Notes under the pieces: generated by a model
Database searches by the model: none
What the model was told of the DNA's origin: nothing
What the model saw: the letters and a program-made list of their open reading frames with translations, nothing else
NCBI GenBank assembly: GCA_051530055.1
Contig: CM121341.1
Coordinates: 15,602,784 to 15,666,783, forward strand
DNA length: 64,000 nucleotides
DNA from: Neoechinorhynchus agilis
Lineage: Eukaryota; Animalia; Acanthocephala
Reading direction: 5' to 3'
Shown: in pieces, positions 36,960-49,129 of the stretch
Numbering within the stretch: position 1 is the stretch's first letter
How the letters are laid out: every line of letters starts with the position of its first letter
Made by a program: the position numbers and the translations under genes

Positions 36960-39500
36960 ACAACTTTATATTTTACTTTCATAGGTCGTGTTTTATTTAC
37001 AATTCAACTAGAGTATTTGATTCGGATCTGTAGAGAAAAATTGGAATAAATTGCAAAACCCGTTTGATTTAAAGCGAGATTTGACTAGCTTATTTATGGA
37101 TGCAGCAGTCAATACGCTGTTAAGATCTTGAAAACATTTCCCTTTCTTATATAATTAGTCCAAAAGAGGCCCGGATGTTTTCCAAACAAAAGCGAGAATT
37201 TAAACAATTTGCCGTGGTTTTTCTAGTAATCTCATCTCATTCGGAATGATGAATAAATTTCATGTGGTTTTGAGAGTCTGATTTGGGCAGCATATGTTAT
37301 CGTCGAATCCCAACGGGTTTATTAAGTGCTGGAGAGGCGGTTTTCAGAGCTCGTGCTGTAATTGGCTACATAGCATATTTGATCGTAATCTCTCGCGCTG
37401 ATTGGCCGCAGAACGCACTGCAGCATAATATTGAACTCGAATTGTATAGATCGTGCATAACTTGGTACCTCGAACTAACGAGCTAAACACTTACTTTGTT
37501 CAACTTTGCTGTAAACTTCGAACCATTGATTGCAACTTATAAGGATTCAACGATAAAATCGCTACTCTTAATCAACGTCAATTTAACGGAGATAATTACG
37601 GCCACCCGATTAAATCGTTTTCTGGCTAAGATAATGGACAGAAGACCCCAATTCCAACCAGATGCAAGAACATCAGAATACTATATTCCGAGTCATCAGC
37701 GAGCAGATAGAACGTGGACGTAAACCATTTAATGAATACCGGCCATCAAATCCAATTAACAACCAGGCTTAAATTTTACAATGCTTTCTGTTTACAATAA
37801 GTACAAAGTTGTAGAATGCAGAAATCTTGTGAAACGTGCAAACATTTGCGCGGATGGGAATTTTTTACCGATTTAAACTAATCAAAGCTATCATCACTAA
37901 TATCATATACCTGATTTTCAATTTGTCTTCAAATAAAAAATGCCGAATGTGTTAAATTTATTGAAAATTATTTTCAAATCTTTAATTTAATAAAATAAGC
38001 ATAAGATAGTAACTGATCTTAGGCAATATATTTGAACAGAATATTTTCTCGGTTGCGTAGCTTATTATTAAATGAAATTTTTAGAACACGTATACAATGC
38101 AAGATGTGATTTTATGTGAATATCGGTAGAAAAACAAACATCGAAGTGAATTTTGGGCGGTATTCAAAGGAGACGTTCACTATATTTACAATTTTATCGT
38201 CAGCGTCATTGAACATTTTCACAACTTTCAGCAAGCGCTGCGATGGTTATCCTTGATCAGTCAAATTCGCCCTCATTGACCTTCATCGTCCCCTTGGTCT
38301 TCATTATACTCCTCGTCTTCATTATACTCCTCGTCTTCGTTATACTCCTCGTCTTCGTCGTCCCCTTGGTCTTCATTGTACTCCTCGTCTTCGTCGTCCT
38401 CATTGTCCTCTTGGTCTTCATTGTTCTCTTCGTCTACTTCACGTAACGCCTCCCGGAGAAACCTTTGAAATACACGTATTAAATGCATTGATTTATCGTT
38501 CGTAATATCACGAAGAGCTTCTCGAACGTTAAGACGGAACTGACGTTCGCCGTTTACATTATCTTGGTTATCCATTTCTTTTAGGAAATTTAGACAATGA
38601 TGAAATCAGTGTTAACCTCGCAGTTTTTGAACGAGGGTAATTATCTACTTAGATGAGATTACATAATGTATTCTCGTCACTAGTGCCAATCAAATATTTT
38701 TTGTTGATAACCAGTAGCAAATAAGTGCACCATATTAATACTGTAAAATGTTTGTTTCATAGCAATTCAAACTGACGAATGAATTAAAAATCTTAAAGAA
38801 ACTACAAAAATGAAGCAGAGCATTCTTCGTAGCTTATTTTTTTACATTCAATATCACCGAATTCTGAATGAAATAGCCATCCCAATCACTTTCTTCAAAA
38901 TTATTTAAATATATTTGAAGTTTTCACATGAATTTAAAAGAAAAGACACTTTACTGATTGCAATCGGTTTTACTCGATCATCGAAGGTCGAGCAGAAATG
39001 CCGCCAGTGAGCACAAAGATCGAATCCTGAATAACATTTCCATGTTAGACTCGGGTAACGAAGTCCTTGAAATCGAATCATTTTCCAATTGGTCGCTATG
39101 ACAACTTCCGATCAATTTATTGAAATTTACCTAAATTTCAAAAGCTTCAACAGATCAGCAGAATATAGAACTCCCCTGGTTAAAGTCGAGATGCGGAAAG
39201 GGCGACCCGTTGAGATACAATGCCGAATGTCGCTCCGTCACAAGTATTCACGTAAATTTGAAGTGTTCAAGGGACTGTCATTTAAAGCGACACGTCATTC
39301 CGATTGGTTTGAGTTGATTATCGAGCATTCTTTGAAACGAATGAATTTTCAGGATGCCGTAATTGTGGTGCATCCCAATTCTTCGTCGGGGGATTCTTTG
39401 AAACGAAGGATTTCTAGGGATGCCGTAATCGCGGTTCACCCCAATTCGTCGTTGAAAGATTCTTTGAAACAAATGATATTCGGGGATGCCTTCAATTGCT
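36960..39500 (-). repeat. Long inverted duplication, left arm (partner 49130-51651)
   Basis: Mirror ORFs (37283/51125, 37496/50888, 38273/50036). The outer ~2.15 kb is near-identical; the inner ~350 bp is clearly diverged. Confidence 0.92.
38273..38575 (-). CDS. Hypothetical 100-aa protein with acidic repeat tail
   Basis: ORF MDNQ...LREALREVDEENNEDQEDNEDDEDEEYNED... with 18-bp DEEYNE units; intact in both inverted arms. No family recognised. Confidence 0.4.
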   Translation of the reverse strand: MDNQDNVNGERQFRLNVREALRDITNDKSMHLIRVFQRFLREALREVDEENNEDQEDNEDDEDEEYNEDQGDDEDEEYNEDEEYNEDEEYNEDQGDDEGQ

Positions 39501-40890
39501 TCGATGGTATCTTAGCGTCCATCATTAATATCTTCGATCTTGTCGGAGATTTAATACAACCGAGACAATTTCAAACCGTTAGGAGACCACTAAAAAAGAT
39601 ATCGTCATCTGGATGTCAGTTTGTCTTAGAGGGGATAATCAAAATTGTGATTGTTGTAATTATTAAAATAAATCGTATTTACCAAATCCTACTATGTTGT
39701 CAGCGTAACTATCACCTAAATCGTCTGGCCGCCTCGAATTCGAGAACTCGTCAGTGTCGTCCTCTATGTGTTCCCGAATATATTGTTTTCCATTCACAAA
39801 GGAACAGGAGATGGGGACCCCAAGTGATTCCAGGGTGCACTGGACCACTTCGACGCAACTACGGCCGTCCAGCAGATAATGAACGTATCATCCACATATC
39901 TTAGCCAGAGATTCACACCATTCAACTTAAATAAGTATTTATCTTCCCATGTTCTCATATATAGCTCCGCCAATACTGGGGACAATGGACTTCCCATCAA
40001 CCTGGTCAAAATTTTCATCTTCAAACACAAAGTTTGAATATTGTGTACAAAATTGGAGAAGCTGGCGCCAATTAACAGCTGAGATCTTCCATTCTGTACA
40101 TTTTTCAATCAATAAGTTTGTGGCTAGCTCAATTACCTCTTTCACCCGTATCCTAGTAAATAATTACGTTACATTTGCTGAAACCATCAGATCAGATTCG
40201 TTTGGATTCATCTTGTTCAATCGATCAATAAAATCTACTCCCGATTCAACCACATGATTTGACGGGGGTAGGAGCTGTTTAATAAAACTCGATAATTTCC
40301 TCGATGAATTATAATTATAGAAAGAGTGTGCAGCGATGATCACTCGTACTTTGATGGATGTTTTGTGGATCTTTGCCAATAAATACATTTTCGGTGTCTT
40401 TGCATTCACAGATCGTATTCTTTTATACTGCTCTTCTGGTAGACATTTCTTTTTCACTAATTTCAGATGCAATCTGCTAAGTTCATTCCCACGTTTCTCT
40501 GTGGGACAAACATCTAACCTCTTGAATTCATCCGTTTGGAGAATTTCTTAACCCAGTTGTTCATTTATCGATTTTTAGTATACGTAATCCATATCGTGCA
40601 TTGATCTCTTTGAACCTAACCAACATCTTATCCGTTACATTCGAAACCCGATTTCTTCCTTTCATAATCGCCCCATTGTAACTTCCTTCAAACTCCCCTA
40701 ATGGAACATTCTTAATTCTAATCGATAAGTCATACACCAACCCCTCCATCTTAGTTATGAACTTCACTGCTCCGATTCTTAAGGTCGGGATAAACTCAGA
40801 AGCAAATGTCAAAAGTTCCACCACTTCTTCAGGTAAGACTATATTCGAAAGGTTCTTGCGAGGAGCGACGTAAGACGCAACAGAGTGACT
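39500..40890 (-). mobile_element. Penelope-like element remnant (second family)
   Basis: NLSNIVLPEEVVELLTFASEFIPT, ILKIDK, PKMYLLAKIHK, MVSANVT, MGSPLSPVLAELYM, LWLRYVDDTF and a possible GIY-YIG trace (SCSFVNGKQYI); stops and frameshifts. Confidence 0.82.
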
Positions 40891-41699
40891 GATCCAGAGT
40901 GATGCCGTGGTTGTTTGTAAGGTATAAAAAGCAAAAAATTTCTACATTGAGAAAATTGCAATAGAGGAGTTTTAACTGAAATCGCCAAATACTTTACCAA
41001 TATTATCAAGAATTCATCTTATAACCTTCAGCGCGCAGACTTTTGCCTTTAGCAAAATAATTTTTATGGAAACAATGGATCTGAATTCATTCTCACATCC
41101 AAATAAATAAAGAAGCGCGATAGAAAAATTTCACAGGACGGCCAGTTCATCGCTTGTATCGAACGCCATAAAAATGATAAATCGATTTTTTACGATACCC
41201 ATGAAACATTGAGGCTTATCTTCATGAACGAAATCTCGAAAAATTTGTCCATTTTCTTGCCTGAGAAGACCACGCACATAAAGTAATATTAAAGTTCTTT
41301 AACTACATATTCTAAATAATTCCATTAATCTGATTTATTAAAGAAAATTCAGCAGAAATCAAATTATTAAATGAGTATATTTTACAATAGTCAGTCTTTA
41401 CCATACATTATGTGCAATTATTTTTGCTATAAATTTTAGTATATTTTTTAACATTGGTCTCATCAGTACAATTTTACTTACATTTGTATGCTATTTGTGT
41501 AAAAAAGGAAAACTCAACCTCTGTTTTTACCAAATGAATTCCGATAATTTTTAAAAGTAACCTAATTAAACCTGAGAGGCAGTCTTCAACGAGGCATCAA
41601 ATCCAAGACTATAAAATTTAAAAACTCTCCGTTACAAAGTATTTAGGCAAAAAGATCTTCAACTTTGTAGCTTTCAGTGGACAGCAACTAACATGAAAT

Positions 41700-44600
41700 T
41701 TAACAGACTTCTCTTTCAGAAGGAGCAAATTTGACTCCATTTCATTGTATAGAATTTATAGCTCGTTCATTATGGTCATTCCACTTATTGTCGACATCCA
41801 TTTTGCTGTAAAGACGTGAACAGTAAGATGCTTTGACACTTATAAGTCCTTTTGCTTCATTTAAGGGCAAAACAACATCTGATTCATCGGGTATATTTTC
41901 TTCACAAAATTCAACATACTGAGTACTTGATAATTTTTCGATAACTTCTTTAAGATCTTTAACTTGCGAAATATCCTTTCGGTTAAGTCGCAACTTTATT
42001 TCAGTTTCCTTTCCACAACCAAACATTGTCTTCAGCTTTAATGAACAGTGGATGATATCCCTAGTTAAATCGATCACATCAAAGTAATCTGGTCCTTCAA
42101 CTGATCTGAAAAACGAATCGTCAAAGTACTTCTCCTTAGCCAGGTCATTTGTCTGTTTCAAAACGATTTCCCACACATTCTGGCAAACGCTTGGAATAAT
42201 AGGATAATGGAGACGTAACATTGCGGATAATAATTGACGAAGACATTCTTTTGATGGTTTAATGACCTTAGTTGCTTCAATGTAAAAATCACAAAAATCA
42301 CCTTTGAACAGTCGCTGAAGTTTTGATGATAGTTTTAGGTATTCGAATTCTGTTAAATCATTTCGGAGTTCATTTGCAGTTTCCTTTATTCGATGCAACA
42401 TCCATCGGTCAATAATTGATAAGCGTCCCTCTATTATGTCAATGGAGTCGGCAAGATTATGAAGCATTTAGGTAATAGCACTTTTCGTATTTAAGGAAAC
42501 GCTGTTTATGTTTAATGAAAAATTTGTTCACACCAACCCAAGTAAAGAGAATACATCTCTTAAGCCGACTCCATCAAATTAATGTTTGAAAGCTTGGATG
42601 AGTTTTACTTCACAATTGATTAGCATTTAGGGATAAACAATGGTAATAAATCGATGGAAATATGTTACAAATGTTAAATACACGTCGATCGCCTGATTAT
42701 TAATTAACTATGGTCTTCGTGTTACCCTTTGACTGATCAATTTCTAGAGGTTTTCATATTTAACGGTCAATTCAAGAAAAAAACGGCAAAACCAATTCAG
42801 TTTTAAATCAGCTAAATTTTTCTGAAGTCGAGATTAATATACTCAACGTCATGTTTATCATTGTTTAAAAGTTTCGTTGAACTTAAATACTCGAAAGAGC
42901 AGATTGTAAAACAGTTTAAAAAATTACTTGTTACAAACCTAAAAATCGACATTCCTTTCTAATCAATAGTGAAGCTTAAACTACAGCTATTTTCGTCATC
43001 GTAGGATTCCAAAATACCATAAATATATCGACAAGCATTCCAGAACTTATTAACATACTTCTGTCCGTCCGCGAATGACCTTTCAGCGTCCATTTTAATC
43101 GTTTCTTGCTTGAAATAATAATTGAGACACGCATATCGAAACGCGTCAACTCCGTATTTTTCTACGATGTCAATAGGATTAATAACGTTTCCCTTGGACT
43201 TTGACATCTTCTTACCCTTCGTATCCACAATTAATCCATGAAGTAAAATTCTTTTAAATGGTAAGCGATTGCTTAAAGCAAGACTCATCATAACCATTTT
43301 AGTTACCCACGGGCACAGAATATCATGTCCAGTTACCAGAAGGTCAATTTTGTCTGAAATATAAAGTGGAATTAGAGAAGATGAAAACCAAGTGTCGAGT
43401 ACGTCTTCGTCCTGTTTCACATGATTAGAATTCAGTCGTCTTTTGGCTTCTTCAATTGATACCGCACATACTTCATTCATTTGATAATCATAAAAGACCG
43501 GAATTCGATGTCCCCAACCGATTTGCCTGGACAAACACCAATCACGAGAACGTCCAAGCCAATGTCGCCAAACAGATTCACCGTACCCTGGGATTATCTT
43601 TAGACTCTTTAAAGCGAGAACGGCATCCTCTGCTAGTCCGCTTGATGTTAAATTCATAAACCATTGCTCTTTTAGCAAAGGTTGAACCAAATCTCCAGTC
43701 CGCTGACATAGTGGTACTCTGTAACTCTTGTTTGAGTGAACTCGACTTAAATAACCTAGCTGAGATAATCTTTCAGCTATAAGTTCTCTAGCTTCATACA
43801 CATTTAATCCGTCCACAGCTGGAACTCCGCAGCGCATACAATCATTAGAATCGATTACCGATTTTCGAAGAAGATTGTGAGTGTTCCCGATTTCGAAATC
43901 CATGAAGTCATGAGCAGGACTAATTTTAACAATTCCTGTGCCTTTAAAACTGCGGCATGGTTCAACGTAAACCCAAGAGAGAACCACGGTCGCCAAGTAT
44001 ATCCGGATAGACGCGCTTATCCGCTATAAAAGGAATTCTTTCACCAGTCAATGGATTACAAGCCATTCGCCCTATAAGATGAGACTTTGAAACATCGTCA
44101 GGATTTACGGCAAGAGCAACATCACCGAATATCGTCTCGGGTCTTCTTGTAGCTACCTCGACCCAATCGCCAGTGAAGTCATCGATGTCATACCGAACAA
44201 AAAACATTCTACCAAGCTCTATAGAACGACCGCTTGGCAACCGATATTTGGTCCCCCCTATCATTTCCACGAGTTTTACTTCAGTGTCGGACACCGTCGT
44301 CTGTAGAAAAGAACTCCAATTCACGAGTTGTTCCTGTCTTCTAATAAACGGTTTGTTATCTCGCGATTTCTTGTATCGTAACTTTTGAAACGAGTCAACA
44401 ACGAAATTATTAAAACTATCATTTAGAGTGTAGTATTCTCTGCACATGTTTGTTCGATCTTTTAAGTAAAACAAATATTCTAAATTTTAAATGGCCATAT
44501 CAAAGATTGAAAGATCGTCCATTAACGCAAAACTTTTGGTAAGAATATAACAGAGAAAAATAAATTGCGTAATACCTGTTTTTAAGTAATTTGAATCACT

Positions 44601-45250
44601 AAGAATTTTGGGAGCAAAATCTCCAAGAAAAGAGATTTTTAAAGTTAAAATAAGATACCAATTCGTAAAACTAAGTTTAAATATTAATTACACTTCTAAA
44701 CGTATCTTTCATTCGTAAATCTATCACTACCTTTAACGACTAAGAAAACTAAGGCGATTGGAAAAATAACTTTTGAACGCAGACAACAAAAAGGTAGTAA
44801 ATATCTAAAACTTTAGTTCGAAATCGAACGAACATGCCTATCCCAGCATAGTTTCACTCCCAATTTCTTCAACTGAGACTTCATTTCTTGTCTCCTTTTA
44901 TCCGTCCATGCTCTGATCGTGCATTGATCGATTTTTCTAGAATCTCTCAAAGCGCTTCGGGCAGCCAAGTGACCAGCAATGCCAGCGTGATCAAATCCGG
45001 GTATCCAACTTATTTCGTTTCCATAAAGCATCAACTGCGACCTAACATGAACGTCCTGAATTACAGCATTAAATGCATGTCCTATATGAAGTTGACCGGT
45101 TACGTTTGGTGGAGGCAATACCATGGTGTTTCCAGCCAACGAGTACGGCGTAGATACTTTTGACTTTACGTTTGTCTCCATCCTTAAAGTGTCATATTTA
45201 GACGGAAGCTTGGTGAAGCGGTAGCCATTAGATGTGATTAATTTTGACAT
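41700..45250 (-). CDS. Valyl-tRNA synthetase, probably mitochondrial (VARS2-like), multi-exon; 3' end uncertain
   Basis: LPPPNVTGQLHIGH (HIGH), PGFDHAGI, LVNW, TRRPETIFGDVALAV, GTGIVKISPAHD, WCLSRQIGWGHRIP, DVLDTWFSS, KMSKSKGNVI and IIDRWM. Confidence 0.88.
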
Positions 45251-45944
45251 ATCGAAAATTAGGATGTTATCTGAAGGAAAAGGAGGTCGATGAACTTAGG
45301 TGGTGGCCTATAAAATTTCAAATTTTACTAATATTCACGGCGATATCTTCAACGATCATTTTTGAAATAAAATGTACATCCTAAATTAATTGTTGGTTTT
45401 CGTTCGTCGAATTTACTCACCAATAAGTGACTTGTTTCAATTTGAGAACCAACTGCTTTGAAAAGACCACTAATATGTGAAACGAATGGCTCAAACTTTG
45501 ATTGAAGTTATTTTTAGTTGAAAAGATGCATGCTGATACTTCGCTAAAAATTTCGAACCTAGTAGATTTTATTTATAGAAATGAATTCATGAAAAGGTGA
45601 CTGATTTAAATTTGAAAATGGAACGATCTCTAAATGTTGTTGGGATGACTTTGAGCTTATTTTCAATAGAATCATGAAAAATTAATTCGTAAAAACGTAA
45701 GAATTAAAGCATGAAAGGGTTCACTTGAGCAAATCAAATCAATGATTTTGAGAAATACACGCAAAAGCGGGATTCGCCACACTTCGACGTGCTGGAAAAA
45801 TAACGATACTTTCCATCAAGGAGTATACTTATTAGCGAGTTACATAACAGCAGCAGTCATTAGTCAATTGAATTTAATCCTTGGTGTTGCGCTGTTTATT
45901 AAAATGGACATTGAAAATTCGTTGATTTTGCTTTACTATAAGTA

Positions 45945-46130
45945 ATCTAATGTTTGTTTACGACGGAAAAATTGTAGGAATTTTATTAAATCCGATATTT
46001 AGGCACAATATTGTGCCTTTATTAAGGTTGCTTGTGAAAAAATTTCAAGTGTAAATTGTGCCCAAATATCGGATTTAATAAAATTCCTTCGAATTTTCCG
46101 CCATAAACAAACACGAATAATTCAATTTTC
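45945..46130. mobile_element. MITE family A copy (approx.)
   Basis: tgtttgtttacgacggaaaaatt...gaattttccgccataaacaaaca. Confidence 0.7.
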
Positions 46131-46377
46131 AGACTGCTAACCTAATGCACGAAAGCATAAAAACGGGAGTCGAATTATGATTGTAAACGAAACGGGTTCA
46201 AATACAGTTTTACATTCGTTGAAAAAACAACTAAAACTGATTGAATCAAAGAAATAATCTGATTGATTGCAAAAAAATACTTTTGTGTGAAAACTTATAT
46301 AGTATATTTAATCCAGGAGACATTCGTGAGGATGGTATATAATGGTGCTCAATGAGCCTCACGAATTCCTTTTGACT

Positions 46378-47090
46378 TTATTCATCTTCCGCCGGCAAAA
46401 CCTCTTTAGGTAACAACTTGTATCCACATCCTTTTCTTATGATCTTAACCGGATTACCAGTGAGATCAGCGACTGTCGATCCGCTTCTATCGCCATCATG
46501 TATAACTATTTCTCCACCATCAACGATCAAATCAACGTTTGCAGCAATCTGAGGCATAAGTTAAATTTTATGATTTCAGAAAAAAAATCACAAAATTTGG
46601 GCTTTAGTTCGTTTACTGATATGCAGCTTTTATGACCACTAAGATTGGCACTGGTCAGTGCGATACACATACCGAGCTTTTGTTCTACTTGCCCACAGAG
46701 ATCAATCATAAAATTATCGTCCGGAATCCGAATGCCAATTGTGGCATTTTTGGGATTTAAAAAATGAGGAAGATGCAAAGATCGATTTAGAACAAAAGTG
46801 AAAGGTCCCGGAAGCAGTTCGCTGAACAGATTGCGAAATCCGGTATGCCTAATGTCCTCCAGTTTGGTGTATTTACCAATTTGATCGATATTCGACAAAC
46901 AGATAGCAAGAGGCTTAGATTCGTCCCTACCTTTAATGGCATAAATTTTATTCACAGCCTTCTCGGAAGAGGCTAAACAACAAATCCCGTAGATCGTGTC
47001 TGTAGGCACAACCAAAGTGGAGTGATTTTTCAACAATTTAACGATTTCAGTGAAATTAACATCAGTCGATTTCACTGTTGGAGTTTTCAT
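46378..47090 (-). CDS. YRDC: Threonylcarbamoyl-AMP synthase YRDC/Sua5, 2 exons (47090-46617, 46548-46378 predicted)
   Basis: VVPTDTIYG, IYAIKGRDESKPL, LLPGPFT, IGIRIPD, LTSAN; exon 2 DLIVDGG...GSTVADL...IIRKGCG. Confidence 0.92.
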
Positions 47091-47528
47091 CTAAAAAGTA
47101 TTCAATTGGTCAATAAGTTTTGCAAAGACTGATAACTTCTTTACAGAGAATTACTGCAAACTTAAGCAAAAACAAATAATTTTGTGATGAAATTCAACAT
47201 AGAATATTTTACATCAATTTCCAACAATTGAAAAAGACTAAAGATTTTCTTACGTATTTCTTTTACGTTGTGTTGGCACTTAAGCGATGGAAACGCGTTC
47301 GACGCGACGATACGGGTTGATTTTTAAACATATTTTCTATTGATGTATTATGGTTTTCTTTGACATTTTATAATTCGATTCTTTTTCTATCGCTATAACG
47401 ACTTATATGAAGTTATGAAAATTAAACATTAATATTTTTGATTCGACCTCTCGCCATTAAGACATTTGATGCCGCCGGACAAAGGGCCGCTGATTTTTAA
47501 CCAAGGTTTGCATCGTTTATTTGTTATT

Positions 47529-48660
47529 TTAGAAATTAGACCCACGTGTCGTTGGGTCCTCATAAATACGCGCTCGTTGACTTCTGAGTGGGTTACGGGT
47601 TCGGTTGGGTGGGAATATCCGCTCGAAGGATGTCCGTTCTGGTGACTCCCGTGCAGCCAACAATTTTTTCAGAAAGCGAATGCTGGATCCTCGAAGCAAT
47701 GAAGGATAAAGATTATCCAGTGATTGACGTATTTCGAAACTTAAACCGTTGAGTCGAAACTTGATCAATTAAATTTCTTTCAGCGTATGCGTGGCTCAGT
47801 CGACGTAAATAAGAGTTATCCTACACGGCTGAATTTGGTCACACTGATTTTGGTTTGGGAAGCGTAAGTCTGCGCTAAATACCCGATACCGTACAGTTAT
47901 GAGTTTGTACCTCCGAATCCTTAGATACCTCCCGAGGAGCTGCGATTCATCAGTCAGTTTCCTCCCTTCATCGGTCGTAGACCTCGTGCGCCATCAGCAG
48001 TAAGGTCCTTATTTAAGCAATTTGCGTCGAGAGCTTTTTCATATCTAAGGAGATTGCATTTGAGGATCAAACGTGTGAGCCATATCAAATCCGATATCTC
48101 AAACCCATGAACGTTGAGCTTTGCAAGGACAATCAGTCCCTCCTTACTTTTGAATATGCCCTATTCGTTTGGAGCAATCGACTTAGGGTCATAGCTAAAA
48201 GCTTTTAGACCCGATACCCAGGTTGCTTCACCGCAGAAATAATCAGCCTGTACTTTAGCAATGATCCAAACCTCCTGGCATCTTTACGGACTTACACAAT
48301 GGTTCTCGGACGTAAGCGTTGAAATCTTTCAGTTGGCGCCTAGCAATCATAATGTGAGGGCGGAATACATTTCCTTGAGGCGTTCTTCACTATCATCCTT
48401 GGCTACCAACTCATAAGTGATAGTTTCTCATAGTAATGTCGAAATCATCCGCTCCTCTACACTTCGCTCGATTGCAACCAATTCACCGCCTTTATCACTA
48501 ACCATCACCCTTGGCGACCTATTTTGGATCGCTTTTTTGATCGACTTCAAGGCCGCATGGCTCATACGCTTGATTCTCAAATACAATTTCTTCACGTATG
48601 GGAAAAAGATCTACCGGCAGGTCCAAAGATTGACTATGGGGAACACCCTTGCTCCGCGGG
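47529..48660. mobile_element. Fragmented Penelope-like element (mixed orientation, SINE inside)
   Basis: Minus strand RVMVSDKGGEL (~48480-48512) and KFRLNGLSFEI; plus strand IYRQVQRLTMGNTLAP (~48606-48655). Confidence 0.55.
47780..47990 (-). mobile_element. SINE family body, diverged copy (approx.)
   Basis: agtttgtac..ccgaatccttagatacctcc...ttcatcagtcagtttcctcccttc, homologous to 62255-62325. Confidence 0.6.
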
Positions 48661-49129
48661 TCGATAGTAAAGAGGAGACGACCAACGTGAGACCCGTTAT
48701 TGTGCTTAACCAAAGGGATAAGTTAACTTCCTCACTCACTTTGTTCTAACTCTACCTTTGTAGATCGAATGTTTTCTGGACTAAAACTAATAAATATCTA
48801 ATGATTAATATCTTGTAAACAAAAATTCTACGCTGCGTTTTAAATTTATGTTGAAGACATTAAAACCAACCAGAAAAAGGTCAGGTTTCAACGGAAAAAC
48901 CTCAATTCAGACACATTTTATTTGAATATGTAAAAAGAACTACTCAGTCGGACGAACACGAGCAAAATGTCCAGCTTGGTGCTTATAAGCGCCATCTCGT
49001 TTTATTCGATGATATATCATCTTCCAAATCGAATAAATCTCATCTACTGCAGACCCTGTGGCATCATTAAGTCTGTACAGAAGTCCGTCATCCTCATACG
49101 AGTGATCCTCCTCCTTCAAATCTCTTGCG

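Noticed and set aside
38243-38446. Hydrophobic ORF (VFIILL repeats; also 50165-50368) as a membrane protein
   Set aside because: It is the antisense shadow of the acidic repeat ORF.
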